A DNA stretch of 63,345 nucleotides, filler included, from Octopus bimaculoides (GCF_001194135.2; 3 parts of 3 records of this genome joined end to end with filler, not necessarily neighbours in it), one strand, 5' to 3'; shown: positions 12,908 through 26,233, counted from the first letter of the whole stretch. A program made the numbers and translations. The notes: generated from the sequence alone by a model not told the origin.

Positions 12908-13480
12908 CTACACCTTAGCCCTTTCATGGCGTCTGATGTGGCTTTTTAAACCAGACAGTGTTTTGAAAAAACACCCACACAGATTGCACCTCTGATTTGC
13001 ACTACCAATACCTGCAAGTAAGTTCTGCTCATTGTGGATCCTAACATGTCTTTTAAGACCCCCATTGGATTTGCAAACCCTCTGGCACACACCACATTNN
13101 NNNNNNNNAAGGACAGACATGGTCTGTCACAGACTGTGCACACAAAAAGGTCCTTGTCATTCACCTTCTCAGTCTTTACATTTTTCCTTAAATGTCTCTT
13201 GAGCCCTGCTTGCATTCATCCTGGCCTCTTCAAATGCTTTCACTCCACTCCACACCCTTGTTCGCCATCCAACTTGATCTGAAGCGAGGACTTCTATATC
13301 TTTTGGAGCCATTCCAATTGACTTCATAGCAGTCCTTATGCCATCCTTAAACCTTTTTTTAGGTTTATGCCGATAACGTTTCCCCTCTGCAAGCTCACCA
13401 TAAAACAGCTGTTTCGGCATGCGTTCATCTGCCATTCGAACAATATGGCCACACCATCTCAATTGGTTCCTCAAAATAGT
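12908..13480 (-). mobile_element. RTE-clade LINE ORF 3' end with C-terminal C2H2 zinc fingers
   Basis: QLRWCGHIVRMADERMPKQLFYGELAEGKR...KPKKRFKD is a typical RTE C-terminus, followed by CTVCDRPC, CGVCQRVCKSNGGLKRHVRIH and CNLCGCFFKTLSGLKSHIRRH. Frameshifted, with a 10-N gap. Confidence 0.9.
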
Positions 13481-13506
13481 TAGATAGCTACATACATACA
13501 CACATA

Positions 13507-13832
13507 TTTTCTTTTACTTATTTCAGTCATTAGATTGCGGTCATACTGGGGCACTGCCTTGAAGAATTTTAGTCAAATGACTCAACCCCAGTACTTTTAT
13601 TTTTTAAAGCTTGGTTCTTATTCCATCGGTCTCTTTTGCTGAACTGTTAAGTTACAGGGACATAAATAGATCAACACTGGTTATGAAACAGTGGTAGGGG
13701 ACAAACACACACACACACACACGACAAGCTTCTTTCAGTTTCCATCCACTAAATCGACTTTGATTAGCCCATGCAGTAGAATTGAACCCAGAACTATGTG
13801 GTTGGAAAACAAACTACTCACCACACAACCAC
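13507..13832 (-). mobile_element. Same SINE family, inverted copy head-to-head with 13866-14300
   Basis: The reverse complement gives head, core and tail with an internal deletion. Confidence 0.85.
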
Positions 13833-13865
13833 GTCTGCACCTATATATATATTTTATATACAGCC

Positions 13866-14027
13866 GTGGCTGTGTGGTAAGAAGCGTGCTTCCCAATCAC
13901 ATGGTCCTGGGTTCAGTGCCACTGCATGGCAACTTGTGCAAGCGGCATCTACTGTAACTTTGGGCCGACCAAAACCTTGTGAATGGATTTGGTAGACGGA
14001 AACTGAAAGAAACTTGCCATATGTATG

Positions 14028-14061
<34 letters not shown>

Positions 14062-14300
14062 TGTATGTATGTATGTATGTATGTGTGTGTGTTTGTCCCC
14101 CTGCCATCGCTTGACAACCAATGCCGGTGTGTTTATGTCCCCCGTAACTTAGCGGTTCGACAAACGAAACCGATAGAATAAGAACTAGGCTTACAAAGTG
14201 TAAGCCCTGGGGTTGATTTCTTCGACTAAAAACCCTTAAAGGCGGTGCTCCAGCATGGCTGCAGACAAATGGCAAACAGGTAAAAGAAAGAATAAAAGAA
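13866..14300 (+). mobile_element. Dominant SINE family with an internal microsatellite (representative copy)
   Basis: tggctgtgtggtaagaag...gggttcagt head, ggatttggtagacggaaactgaaagaa core, (GTAT)n/(GT)n middle, gcatggc...aaaaga tail. About 20 full or partial copies, e.g. near 2620, 8580, 21620, 22390, 22930, 23240, 34280, 39780, 49540, 51075, 57010, 58620, 61770, 62010, 63060. Confidence 0.9.
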
Positions 14301-14660
14301 CGACACAACACACACATAATACATACTCATGCATATAGACATATATGCAGATATACGTACATGTGTTTGTACATGTATGTGTCTATATATGCATATATGT
14401 ATATACTAATCACTTAGGAAAGGTAAGTACTGACGCGTAATTATTAGTGCAACCCTAGAAAACAGAGAAGGCTAAGAAAGAGGTAAAAAGCATAAAAGAA
14501 AATAGTAGGGGTAGGGTGAAAGAGAGAAAGGAAAAAAATAAAAAAGAAAGATTACATGACGTAAGAGGTGTAATAAGATTAGGGAAGAATTAAAATGAAA
14601 AAAGAGAAGAGTGAAGGGGGGGGGGGAAGAAACAAGACTGGGTGGGGCGAAACAGAGTGT

Positions 14661-14870
14661 ACATGACGTAAGTGTGAGAAGCAGTGAGAGTAAGATCAGG
14701 AAAAAGTACAGGCGTGAGTAATGGCAGACCGAAAACGTGCAGCGAGAAAACGTGTTGAGTTAAAATAGGTCGATTGAGCTGAGTGATGATATAATGAGTG
14801 GGTGGAGGGATGGTAGATTGCAGTTAGACTTGTAGAAAATTTCAAGAATCAATTTCGAATATTCCAGCAT
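14661..14870 (+). repeat. Unclassified dispersed repeat, second copy at about 23931-24140
   Basis: Shared blocks atgacgtaag.gtgagaa, aaaacgtgcag, acgtgttgagt..aaaataggtcgattgag and gatgg..gattgcagtt. Confidence 0.8.
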
Positions 14871-16224
14871 TTGTAATACATACATATATAGATGACAAAT
14901 GATTACGTTTGACGGTATAAACGTCTACGTGTGTTTTAACGGCCTTGTGTACTTTCTAAAGTACATCAAACATGCACTGTGTGAAGTACTTCATACTGAT
15001 TATAATACAGTCAAAATAACATGTTATCAATGTGAACTGATAGCTGTGTAGTTTCACCTATGGGCTACTCAAAAACTGTTTACACAAGATAATAGACACA
15101 CTTAAGATAAACAGTCACCATTGATTTATATATAGAGATACAGAATATATAATTATATATATACAGACAGGCATTCACCCACGTACACTATATATGCATA
15201 TATATATGTATAACGGAGATATATTTGCATTGCAAGTGACCTGATCTGAGATCGTGTGCTGGAACGAAAACAATTGCAGCGTGGAAGGTGTTTATAAGCC
15301 ATTTAAAACACATAAAAACCGTTTGGTTCACTTCAACAATAAAATTTAATTTGCTAAAATATTTTCATCGCTTCGAGACCACGACCTGTTCACTGACAAA
15401 AAATATACATATATATATATTTGCTTTTATATGCACATATATATAATTATATATGCAGATGATGTACGCCTTTATATATTATTATTACCTCTGCCTTCGC
15501 TAAGGCGGAGGTATTGTTTTCAGTTGTGTTTGNNNNNNNNNNNNNNNNNNNNNNNNNNNNNNNNNNNNNNNNNNNNNNNNNNNNNNNNNNNNNNNNNNNN
15601 NNNNNNNNNNNNNNNNNNNNNNNNNNNNNNNNNNNNNNNNNNNNNNNNNNNNNNNNNNNNNNNNNNNNNNNNNNNNNNNNNNNNNNNNNNNNNNNNNNNN
15701 NNNNNNNNNNNNNNNNNNNNNNNNNNNNNNNNNNNNNNNNNNNNNNNNNNNNNNNNNNNNNNNNNNNNNNNNNNNNNNNNNNNNNNNNNNNNNNNNNNNN
15801 NNNNNNNNNNNNNNNNNNNNNNNNNNNNNNNNNNNNNNNNNNNNNNNNNNNNNNNNNNNNNNNNNNNNNNNNNNNNNNNNNNNNNNNNNNNGCTCTTGTT
15901 ATTACTATTATTATTATTTATAGGTATGTGTATATATATACATACATGATGATCGGAAGTAAGCTGAAACTTCGAAGTCACTGTCAACCATTTCCTTGTG
16001 AAATGAATGCATATGATACTTCATTGAAAAGTGTTATGTTATCCCTCAATTTAATGTGTAATTGTTTTTATACAGAAGTTTACATAAAAATAAACGTGTG
16101 TGTGTGTAAATATATGTCTGTCTGGAGGTTTGTGGCCAAGTGGTTAGGATGTTGGACTCATGATCGTATAATTGTAGTTTCAATTCTTGGACCAGGTGAA
16201 GTGTATCAGCCCATGATTGAATAG

Positions 16225-17100
16225 TAGTCATTTGTGTAGCCTTTCTCTGGATGTGATGCAGCATATCTTGTGCATAGTATAAAGGGGTACTGGAAAGTTT
16301 CTGGCTTTGAAAAAAAAAAATAGGAGGATCAGTTATAATTTTATTCAACATATTTCCTTCTCAGGTTAACACACTTATTGCAGCAGTCTTTCAGTTTTTC
16401 TAAGCCCTGTAAAAGAACTCAGAAGGTTGGGCCTCCAACCAGGACTTTCATGACATCCTTAAAGCCAGGTACTTTTCAACAACCCCTTGTAACAGCATTG
16501 TCCCAGATGTGGGAGCAGTACTCCACTGATGGCCACACCTGAGCATTCTATTGTGTCAGAAACTTTAAGGAGTTGAAATATTTTCTGACTCAGAAGAGAA
16601 AGGGCAGTCTTTGAAATGCAATCGCAGCTATGCTAAAGATGAGCTTTTGCCAAGAGAGATAAATCACTGTTAATGAAGACCAGTATGTCATGTTTAGGGG
16701 ATATGTGGTGCAATGGTGTTTTCATTTTATGAGTAGCATTAGAGTTTTTCTTTTGCTAAGGCACAGTTGCTATGGCCTCACTGAAGTTAAAACTCTCAAG
16801 TTCTCTGTTTATGGGTGTAGTGCGGGTTTGATGTGTGGTGCCAAAGTTGCATGGCTGGGAGAAAGTAAGAGAGGAACAGAGAGTCATGTCATCTGCATAA
16901 AAATGGGTGTTGTTGAATGTGGCAGCAAATAGGTCGTTAATATATAGAAGGAAGAGAGTAAAGGATAAAACTGAACTTTTGGGAACACCAGAATCAATTG
17001 AGAGCTCTGTCAACACATGACAAGATGGGGCAATCAGATAGGAAGTTACTGGTCAAGGGTGTGTAGTGTACAAGTGGAAAGTGAAGGATTTCTCTATGAG
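16225..17100 (-). mobile_element. Decayed CR1/L2-group LINE reverse transcriptase fragment
   Basis: SGVPKSSVLSFTLFLLYINDL...FYADD, later VEYCSHIW and HIQRKA motifs. Interrupted by a mariner MITE. Confidence 0.85.
16280..16489. mobile_element. Tc1/mariner-type MITE nested in the CR1-like fragment
   Basis: Imperfect TIRs of about 28 bp (aaggggtactggaaagtttctggcttt / aaagccaggtacttttcaacaacccctt) with TA on both sides. The LINE coding remnants continue across it. Confidence 0.75.
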
Positions 17101-17197
17101 GAGAAATTACACAGCCATAATTGTTTAGAATAGAAGAAGACTGTAATGTCATGAGTGTGTATGTCTATCTATCTATCTATCTATGTGTGTGTGTGTG

Positions 17198-17266
<69 letters not shown>

Positions 17267-18395
17267 ATATATATATCTATATATATATATATATATCTGT
17301 CTGTGTGTGTGTATACATATATATATATACACACATACACACACATATATATACATACTATACATACACATTTCTACACATACCTACAAACATATAAGTA
17401 CAGTATGGGAAAAAAAAACCCTTTCAAATTACAACATTTGTCTGTGGCAAAAGCTGATGTCTATTAGTTGACTGTTAGCAATGACATTCTCTCAATGTTG
17501 TGTCAACTGTTTCACACATCTCTTTCTAAATCGTACAGTTGTCTATGAGAAACACAAAACCGTTCAGTAGATATTCCTGTATTTGCTAGTTGTAAATATA
17601 GAGGTAAAATATATTGAAAATATTTTATTTTTATTTGCAGTGACTCACCTCTAATATCATCGCTAAAGTAATAAAAACACCCATTAATAAGGGCATTCTC
17701 CTATACTTTGAATTGCTTCCTTTGCCAGAGGTTTTGAGCATCTCAACAATATTCCTTGATGGGCTAGCAACTTTCTTATATTCATGTCCTTAATTTTTCT
17801 ATCCCCCACACTGCTGTTACCTTGAATCATTCTTCCTCTGTTAAAACAATTGAGGTAACCCCCCCAATTTATTTCATGCATACAATCAGCGTTACTGATT
17901 TTCAATATTCTGTGAAAACATGTCCGACCATGGGGAAATATTACCTTGCTATATTGGAAACAGGTGAGGGTTAGTGACAGGAAGGGCATCCAACCACAGA
18001 AAATGTACCTCAATAAACTCTGTCCAACCCACACACATCTATTTATACATATGTATGTCTGTGTGTGCATATATATCATTTCATATACACAGTATTTAAA
18101 TATGAGCTGTGGAAACAACAATAATCCAGCAGATTCATATATCATACCCTGTGTCTCCATGCAATCCTTTAGGCTCAAAAACACATGACTAGTCTTATTA
18201 GATGTATCTGAACCTGAATGATTGATTGCTTGCAGACACAAGGCATGATATATAAATCTACCAAATTATTGTGCTTCAACAGCATGAAACTATTAAGCTC
18301 ATATCTAAATACTGTATATATTAAATGATATCCATCTCACTGGATGGAGTATTTTATTATTTTTTTGTTGGGCCTACTAATAATGAAACAGTAAA

Positions 18396-18453
<58 letters not shown>

Positions 18454-20419
18454 TGTATAGTCAGCTTCACTGTTTATTCAATCTATATATTAACCATCTA
18501 CATAATTCTTCTCTTCTCATCCATTTTCCCTTCCTTAAACAAGCATTGTAATCAATATTTTCTATTTAAATCTCCACAATATTTGGGTAAATTTTATTTC
18601 ATTCTGTCCTCTGAAATTTTGCTACTTATTGCAATCATACAACATATGTACTACGTACAGGTAATACATACCTGTATGTGTATATAGTGTGTATATACAT
18701 ATATAAGTATATATATTTACACAGACACACACACACACATGTAAATGTTTGGTTGTATAAGTATGTGTAAATGACCATGATTGCATTGTATCCCTTCTAT
18801 GGGAAACTTGAAGTTGCTTCACACACACACACCTGTACTAACATTAAAGGTGTGCAAAATCTGGTATGATCAACTATGCAGCTAGGTAATTTGGGTTACT
18901 TATTCAAAGGGAAAAGGTTTTGTATAGCTGACATTAGTTATTTTGCATTCATTGGTGAGCCTGGAATAAATATTTCAGGTTTGTCAGTGAGTTGAACAAT
19001 CAAATATCAACTGTGGGAAATCACTAAGAAATAGTCCTATGTACTACATACAATTATAAAGGGGTATATACAAATTAGAAAAAAAGGCATTCACATTCAT
19101 TCTATAAATACATTTTATATATATATATATATATTATGCATATACTATATATAAAACTATTTATTCATTTAAAAATATTTTGCAATATATACATAAATAT
19201 ACATACCTATTCATATACATATAAATGCCCTTTATAAATGTTCAGAAAACTATTCACAGCCTTGGATTTTTTTTATCTCATCCTGTTAATATATATATAT
19301 ATATTTCGTTTTTGAATTTGGTTTGCAAGATTTTTTATGTGATTTCGTGTGTTGAAGCATATTCTGTTGTGTCTGGGGAGAGTAATTTTCTTATTGTGCC
19401 TTAAAATTTAACATACAATATTGTATGTGAGCAATCAGAGTGGTTGGTGTTAGGAAGGGCATCAAGCTGTAGAAACCATGCCAAATAGACAGGTGTCTGG
19501 TGCAGCCCCACAGCTTGTCAGTCCTTGTCAAACCATCCAACCCATGCCAGCATGGACAACGGACAGTAAATGATGATGATGACGGGGGTATGATAATAGT
19601 GGGAGAGAGAAAGAATGAAAAGGATAGCACCTCAACACATTTGGATGGAGTTATATGTTTCACTCAGAACCACATGATTTTAAGTTTCATAGGCACATAG
19701 AATATGTTCATCTCTTCAAGTATGTAGATATTTAACATACAATATGGGTAAAATTTAACATACAATATGGCAAACCATCCATCCACCCACCCACCCACTT
19801 CTACTCACCTTATGCCTTGAGGGGGCCACCTGGGCACCTCATATTGCTATCTATCTCTTTGCAGTTCTCAATGATCATTTCTCTTTTCTCCCCCTCACTT
19901 ACTGAATGTGAGTAGCTATGCAGATCGTCCACAAGTAACTACTCTTCCCCCATCCTCTCTCATAACCCTTCATCTCCTAGCATAAGGTTAACCTCCCCCC
20001 ACCCCATCTCAGGGTTCATGGTTCTGCAAGCTGCATGGCAACCTTTATAGTGCTAGCAGCACAAAAAAAAAAATCACCCAGTACACATTGTAAAGTGATT
20101 GGCATTAGGAAGGGCATCTAGCCATAGAAACCATGCCAAAGCAGGCAATAGAGCCCAATACAGTCCTTGGACCTATCAGATCCTGTCAAACTGAGTACAC
20201 CATATAGAATTCTTACTGACATCTTTTCTGCACATTAAGTATGGCCATTTCCTTAACTGTAGCAGAATCCTGTGGTTTTTCCTACTTTCTAATTCTTTAG
20301 TTTTTGCTAAGTATATTTTGAGACTTCTCTGCTTTAGATTTTGCTTTCAGGTCTGGAAATTCTTCTCTAAATCTATTATAAATTCACCTGTAAGAACCAG
20401 CTCATCAGTATATCTATAT

Positions 20420-20960
20420 GAACTAGATGGGACTGAGAACTGAGCCCTGGTGGATACCTACCACCATGCTGATGCACCTCTATATATATAGCATATACAG
20501 CTCTCGATCCATTCATCTACTCCCAGTCTCCATAATGACTATTTGATTGCAGAACATGTCACCCTGTAGGTGACCTTCTCTATGTCTATGAATGCCAGTT
20601 GCTTACTCACAGTTAAATAATTCACTTGCAGTTGTCTCACTCAGAAGATGACGTTAGTAGCACTTCTTCCCGGCACAAAGCCAAACTGCATCTCAGCAAG
20701 GGTAATTCTCTTACTAACCATATAACTCTTTCTATAATATTCATAACCTTATCTGATAATGTGATACCTCTGTAATTTTCTCTTTCTAGTATGTCTGCTT
20801 TTGTTTCAGCTGCAGTTGACAATGATGCTGTTATGTCGCTCATTGGGTGTGACTCCTTCCTGCACTACTTTATGAACTATACAGTTGACCAACCTGAGGA
20901 AAACTTGTGATAATGATGGAAGCTGGGAAACATTTGAGTCTCTAGCACAATTAAGATCCA
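20420..20960 (-). mobile_element. Decayed RTE LINE reverse transcriptase fragment
   Basis: ENYRGITLSDKVMNIIERVI, LAFIDIEK and LGVDEWI remnants. Confidence 0.8.
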
Positions 20961-22351
20961 GTTAAGTCTACCTCTTCTGCATCTCCTACCCCTTTGATAC
21001 CCCCACATTTACTTCTTTCTCTATTAGTCACCCTCTCTTCTATCCACTGTACTATGATGTCAATGTAACTAAGGATGGCAGTTCCACTTTTTCATGCTGG
21101 CATGAGTTGGACAGATCATATTGGTGTGTAATTTAGGTTGGTTTCTATGGCTGGATGCCTTTTCTAAATGCCAGCACTGTGTGGAACCAATACACATCTG
21201 TTCATACATACATACATACATACATGTATATATGTATGTGGCTGTGTGTACAAATACATACACTTGTATACATTCATAAGTGCAACCATGTGTGTGTTTC
21301 TATATATACAGGCACAGGCATGGCTATGTGGTTAAGAAGTTTGCTTCCCAACCCATGGTTTCAGGTTCAGTCCCACTACATAGCAAAAGCTTTCTACCAT
21401 ATATACTTATGCTATTTGAGTCATTTTTTTAAAAATTATATTTTCTCAATTATTATCTAGACAGCATAATAGAATTTTTCAAATGCCTTTGAAATGAAAA
21501 TTAATGTACCAAATCAGCTTCAAAGATAGAATGGAACAAGATTCTACAGGAATGGCGAAACAATTTTAAATGAGTCAACTATCAGAACTTTAAAAATAAT
21601 TGAAGAAAAAGAATGTGTGGTAAGAAATTTGTTTCCCAACCATATGGTTCCAAGTTCAGTCCCACTGCATGGCACCTTTGGGCAAGTGTCTTCTAATACA
21701 GCTTTGGGCCTTGTTAGTGGATTTGGTAGATGGAAACTGAAAGAAGCCTGAAAGAATGCAGGTGTCTGTGTTTGTCCCCCACCACTGCTTGACAACCAGT
21801 GTTGGTGAGTTTACTTCCCCATAACTTAGCAGTTCAGCCAGAGAGACCAATAGAATAAGTCCTGGGCTTAAAAAAGACACAAGTACTGGGGTCAATTTAT
21901 TTAACTAAAAGTTCCCCAGCATTGCCTCAGTCTAATTTCTGAAACAACTGAAAGATAAAAAAATAATCGATGGATTTTTCAATAACTTTAAAAACATACA
22001 CCATAGATGTGTTAGTAACCTTATAGAAGTAAAGGATAACATTTCTATTATTCTAGATAAAAGATAAAACAATTGTTTAAAGTATTCTTTGTGCGTATAT
22101 ATATATGTGTGTTTATTAATATTCTTTCTGATTTTGGAACAAGGCCAGCGATTTGGAGGGGAGGGGGAAGTCGAGTACATTGATCCCAGTGCTCTACTGG
22201 CTCTTATTTTATCACTCCTCCCAAAAGGGATAAAAGGCAAAGTCCACCTTGGCAAAATTTGAACTCAAAAGGTAAAGATTTCAATTTGATTGGTGAATAG
22301 CAGAACTAATCTACCTCATAAACTGATGGACTACAGCACACACACACACGT

Positions 22352-22392
<41 letters not shown>

Positions 22393-24175
22393 GTTGTGTG
22401 GTAAGAAGTTTGCTTCCCAGTCACATGGTTTTAGGTTCAGTCCCACCACATGTCACTTTTATTTCTACTATAGCTTCAGGGCCAACCAAAGCCTTATGAG
22501 TGGATTTGGTAGAGGGAAACTGATTGCACATCGTTGTATTTGTAGGTATTCCTTCAGAGATGGTATCACAAAAGTGAAATGAAAATCATTGTTTTATCTA
22601 TTTGTTTGGCAATTCTTTTATTCTTTTACTTGTTTCAGTCATTTGACTGCGGCCATGCTGGAGCACCACCTTTAGTCGAACAAGTCGACCCCAAGACTTA
22701 TTCTTTGTAAGCCTAGTACTTATTCTATCGATCTCTTTTTGCCGATCTATATGATAAATCGCTGACCACTACACACATTTTTTCTCTGTGTTCCTTTCTT
22801 TAGAAGAGCGTAGGCTTGAAACGTTAAAGACTTTTTCAATCAATTCCCGAGCGTTATACTAATACATCTATTTATTTTCTACACCACCTGTCTTCGTCTG
22901 TTGTTTTTTTTTTGTGAATTCTCCCTATATACACACGACGGGCTTCTTTCAGGTTTCATCTACCAAATCCACTCGCTAGGCTTTGGTCGGCCCGTGGCTA
23001 TGATAGAAGACATTTGCCCAAAAGTGCCACGCATGTGATTGGGAAGCAAACTTCTTACCACACAGCCACTCCTGCATGTACGTATATTTTTGTATGTATT
23101 GTATAGGTCTGTGTGTGAGAAAAATGAGAGAAATTAAAATTTTTTAAGGAAATTGCCAAAGTAGATAAAACGGAACGCTTTCCATTTTCACTCTCGTGAT
23201 ACCATCTTCAAAGGATTGCTTATTTGCGTTTGGCCATCACCTACCGCTTGACAACCGGTGCTGGTTTGTTGATGTTCCCGCGATTAGTGGTTCGGCAATA
23301 AGAGACTGATAGAACAAGTACCAAGCTTAGAAAAAAAAAAGTACTGGGGCCGATTTGTTCGACTAAACCATACAGGGCGGTGCTCAAGCATGGCCGCAGT
23401 CAAATGACTGGAACAAGTTAAAGATGAAAGATATGTGTGTGTGTGTGTATGGATATGCGCGTGCGTGCGCACACATATATATGTATACACACACATGTAC
23501 ACACAGATATGTGTATACACACGCACACATGTGTATAGATAAACATGTGTATAGATAAACATGTGTATAGACACACACATGTATATATACACACATATGT
23601 ATACACACGCACATGTGTCTACAGACGCACGTATATGTATGCGCGCACACACACACATATATATATATATATACGTATACACACACAGTCACACATACGT
23701 ACACACTCTTAATGACATATTGACAAAGCAGATTATTGTTAACTAAAAGACCTCGTCCTAGTGATTACAAACAAAGCGGTTTCCAGTGTAGAGGTGTGGA
23801 AATGAATAAGAGAATATAGGAGAGAGAGGGAAAAAAGAGCAAAAGTAATCAAAGAGAGAGTGAATGGGTGGCTGTGAGAGGAATCGAAAGAGAAGGAATA
23901 GTGAGTAAATGAGAGAGGAAGGGGAGCGAATATGACGTAAGCGTGAGAAAAGGAGGAGGAGGAAGATTATAAAGTCGCAAGTGGCTACCGACTAAAAACG
24001 TGCAGTGACAACACGTGTTGAGTAAAATAGGTCGATTGAGTAGAGATGATATAATAATAAAGGAGGTGGCGGGATGGTTGATTGCAGTTGATATTGCTGA
24101 GAATTTTAAGAATAAAAAACAACGATTCTAGCTTTATCTATGTAAATACATATCTCACAAAATGATTCCATTTGG

Positions 24176-24210
<35 letters not shown>

Positions 24211-24220
<10 letters not shown>

Positions 24221-24385
24221 ACTTGGGGATGGTCATATTGCCAGTTTAGCCAATAAAAACACACGCACTGTATATTTGGTGTTAATTTGCTTCAGCTTTA
24301 TATTACATTAATCCTAATCTTATTTCGGCCAGAGTTCTTTCGTCACACTTCTGTGACCTCATCAGTGGTCCATTGTTTCCTCATC
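24211..24385 (-). mobile_element. Penelope-like short repeat, copy 1, carrying a hammerhead motif
   Basis: 161 bp with one mismatch to the copy at 25526-25686. A diverged related end lies at about 19310-19380. The Penelope assignment is inferred from the ribozyme motif only. Confidence 0.6.
24327..24371 (-). ncRNA. Minimal type I hammerhead ribozyme motif
   Basis: GGACCA-CUGAUGA-G-[GUCACA GAAG UGUGAC]-GAAA-G-AA-CUC-UGGCC: intact core, 6-bp stem II, 2-bp stem III, CUC cleavage triplet, stem I GG(A)CCA/UGGCC. Confidence 0.7.
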
Positions 24386-25489
24386 AGTGGTCCTCTTTTA
24401 ACTCAATTTCTTTAATCTGCCGAAGCCATTGCGGCATTTCATATCTTACCTGTACGTGAGCAAACATCCATCTTTATGTTTTAGAATTCCCATTAGAATT
24501 AACACAATCTAAAAAATTAGCAACTTCAGCCCTTTCATTGATTCTATCTAGTTCTCTCTCTCTCTCACTAATATGTGTATATGTTTATACACACACGCAC
24601 TCTCGCACATACATACGCTAATTGGACAGGTGTACTGAGAAAGGAACATTTCAGCAGGTCACATAGGCTAGCAGTAGCGTTGAGAGTCAAAATACACACA
24701 CACCACACACAATGTATGTGTGTGCGCGTGAATATATATATATATGTGAGTGTGTGTATGTATATATCTGAGCATTACGTGTTTATGTAAATGTGTGTAT
24801 GTGTGTGTGTGTAAATATATATTTATATGTATAAGCCTGAGCCCCAGCATGGCCTGAAACAAGTAAAGAATATGAATATANNNNNNNNNNNNNNNNNNNN
24901 NNNNNNNNNNNNNNNNNNNNNNNNNNNNNNNNNNNNNNNNNNNNNNNNNNNNNNNNNNNNNNNNNNNNNNNNNNNNNNNNNNNNNNNNNNNNNNNNNNNN
25001 NNNNNNNNNNNNNNNNNNNNNNNNNNNNNNNNNNNNNNNNNNNNNNNNNNNNNNNNNNNNNNNNNNNNNNNNNNNNNNNNNNNNNNNNNNNNNNNNNNNN
25101 NNNNNNNNNNNNNNNNNNNNNNNNNNNNNNNNNNNNNNNNNNNNNNNNNNNNNNNNNNNNNNNNNNNNNNNNNNNNNNNNNNNNNNNNNNNNNNNNNNNN
25201 NNNNNNNNNNNNNNNNNNNNNNNNNNNNNNNNNNNNNNNNNNNNNNNNNNNNNNNNNNNNNNNNNNNNNNNNNNNNNNNNNNNNNNNNNNNNNNNNNNNN
25301 NNNNNNNNNNNNNNNNNNNNNNNNNNNNNNNNNNNNNNNNNNNNNNNNNNNNNNNNNNNNNNNNNNNNNNNNNNNNNNNNNNNNNNNNNNGTGTGATTGT
25401 GTGCATGAATGTACGTATATCCATTTGTATATGTGTATATACACGTATACCCATATGTGTGAATATATATATATATATATATTTGTTTT

Positions 25490-25700
25490 GCAAGATTTTT
25501 GATGTGAAATCGTGTGTTGAAACAGATGTTGTTGTACTTGGGGATGGTCATATTGCCAGTTTAGTCAATAAAAACACACGCACTGTATATTTGGTGTTAA
25601 TTTGCTTCAGCTTTATATTACATTAATCCTAATCTTATTTCGGCCAGAGTTCTTTCGTCACACTTCTGTGACCTCATCAGTGGTCCTTTGTTTCCTTCCT
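25490..25700 (-). mobile_element. Penelope-like short repeat, copy 2, carrying a hammerhead motif
   Basis: Direct repeat of copy 1, offset 1315 bp across an N gap. Confidence 0.6.
25642..25686 (-). ncRNA. Minimal type I hammerhead ribozyme motif (identical to 24327-24371)
   Basis: Same 45-nt sequence. Confidence 0.7.
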
Positions 25701-26202
25701 TCTTATGTGTGTCTCACCTTGCTAGATATCAGCCTCCCTAGTTTTTATTCTTTAAGCAAGAAAAGGAATGGCACTTCCGAAGAACTTATTTTTTCCAGTG
25801 ACTCTGAGAGCGGTCGGAGTCAAATAGGTTCCAAGACCTGGATCAAATGCTTGAAACAAACTAGACTCCGTCGCTAAAGGGTTTCAAACGCTTAAGATTA
25901 GACCGGTGACGGATTATGTAGCTTTGAACAGATTGGTAAGTGATAAGGGGATTATTGCACCACCATATCAGACACGTAAATGAAGTAATTTATAGATGAC
26001 AGACTTCCCCAACAACTTACGTTAGCACTATTAGGGGTTTGCTGTTGAGTGAAATTTTGAAATAAGTTAAATAATTGGCATGGTGAGCTAAACATTTGGA
26101 GCGCGTTGTTATCTAATACAAATTAGATGTTGAGGCGAAAAGGATACACACAAACGTAATGAGTATTGTGTATGTGTACACACATATAAACATACATACA
26201 TC

Positions 26203-26233
<31 letters not shown>

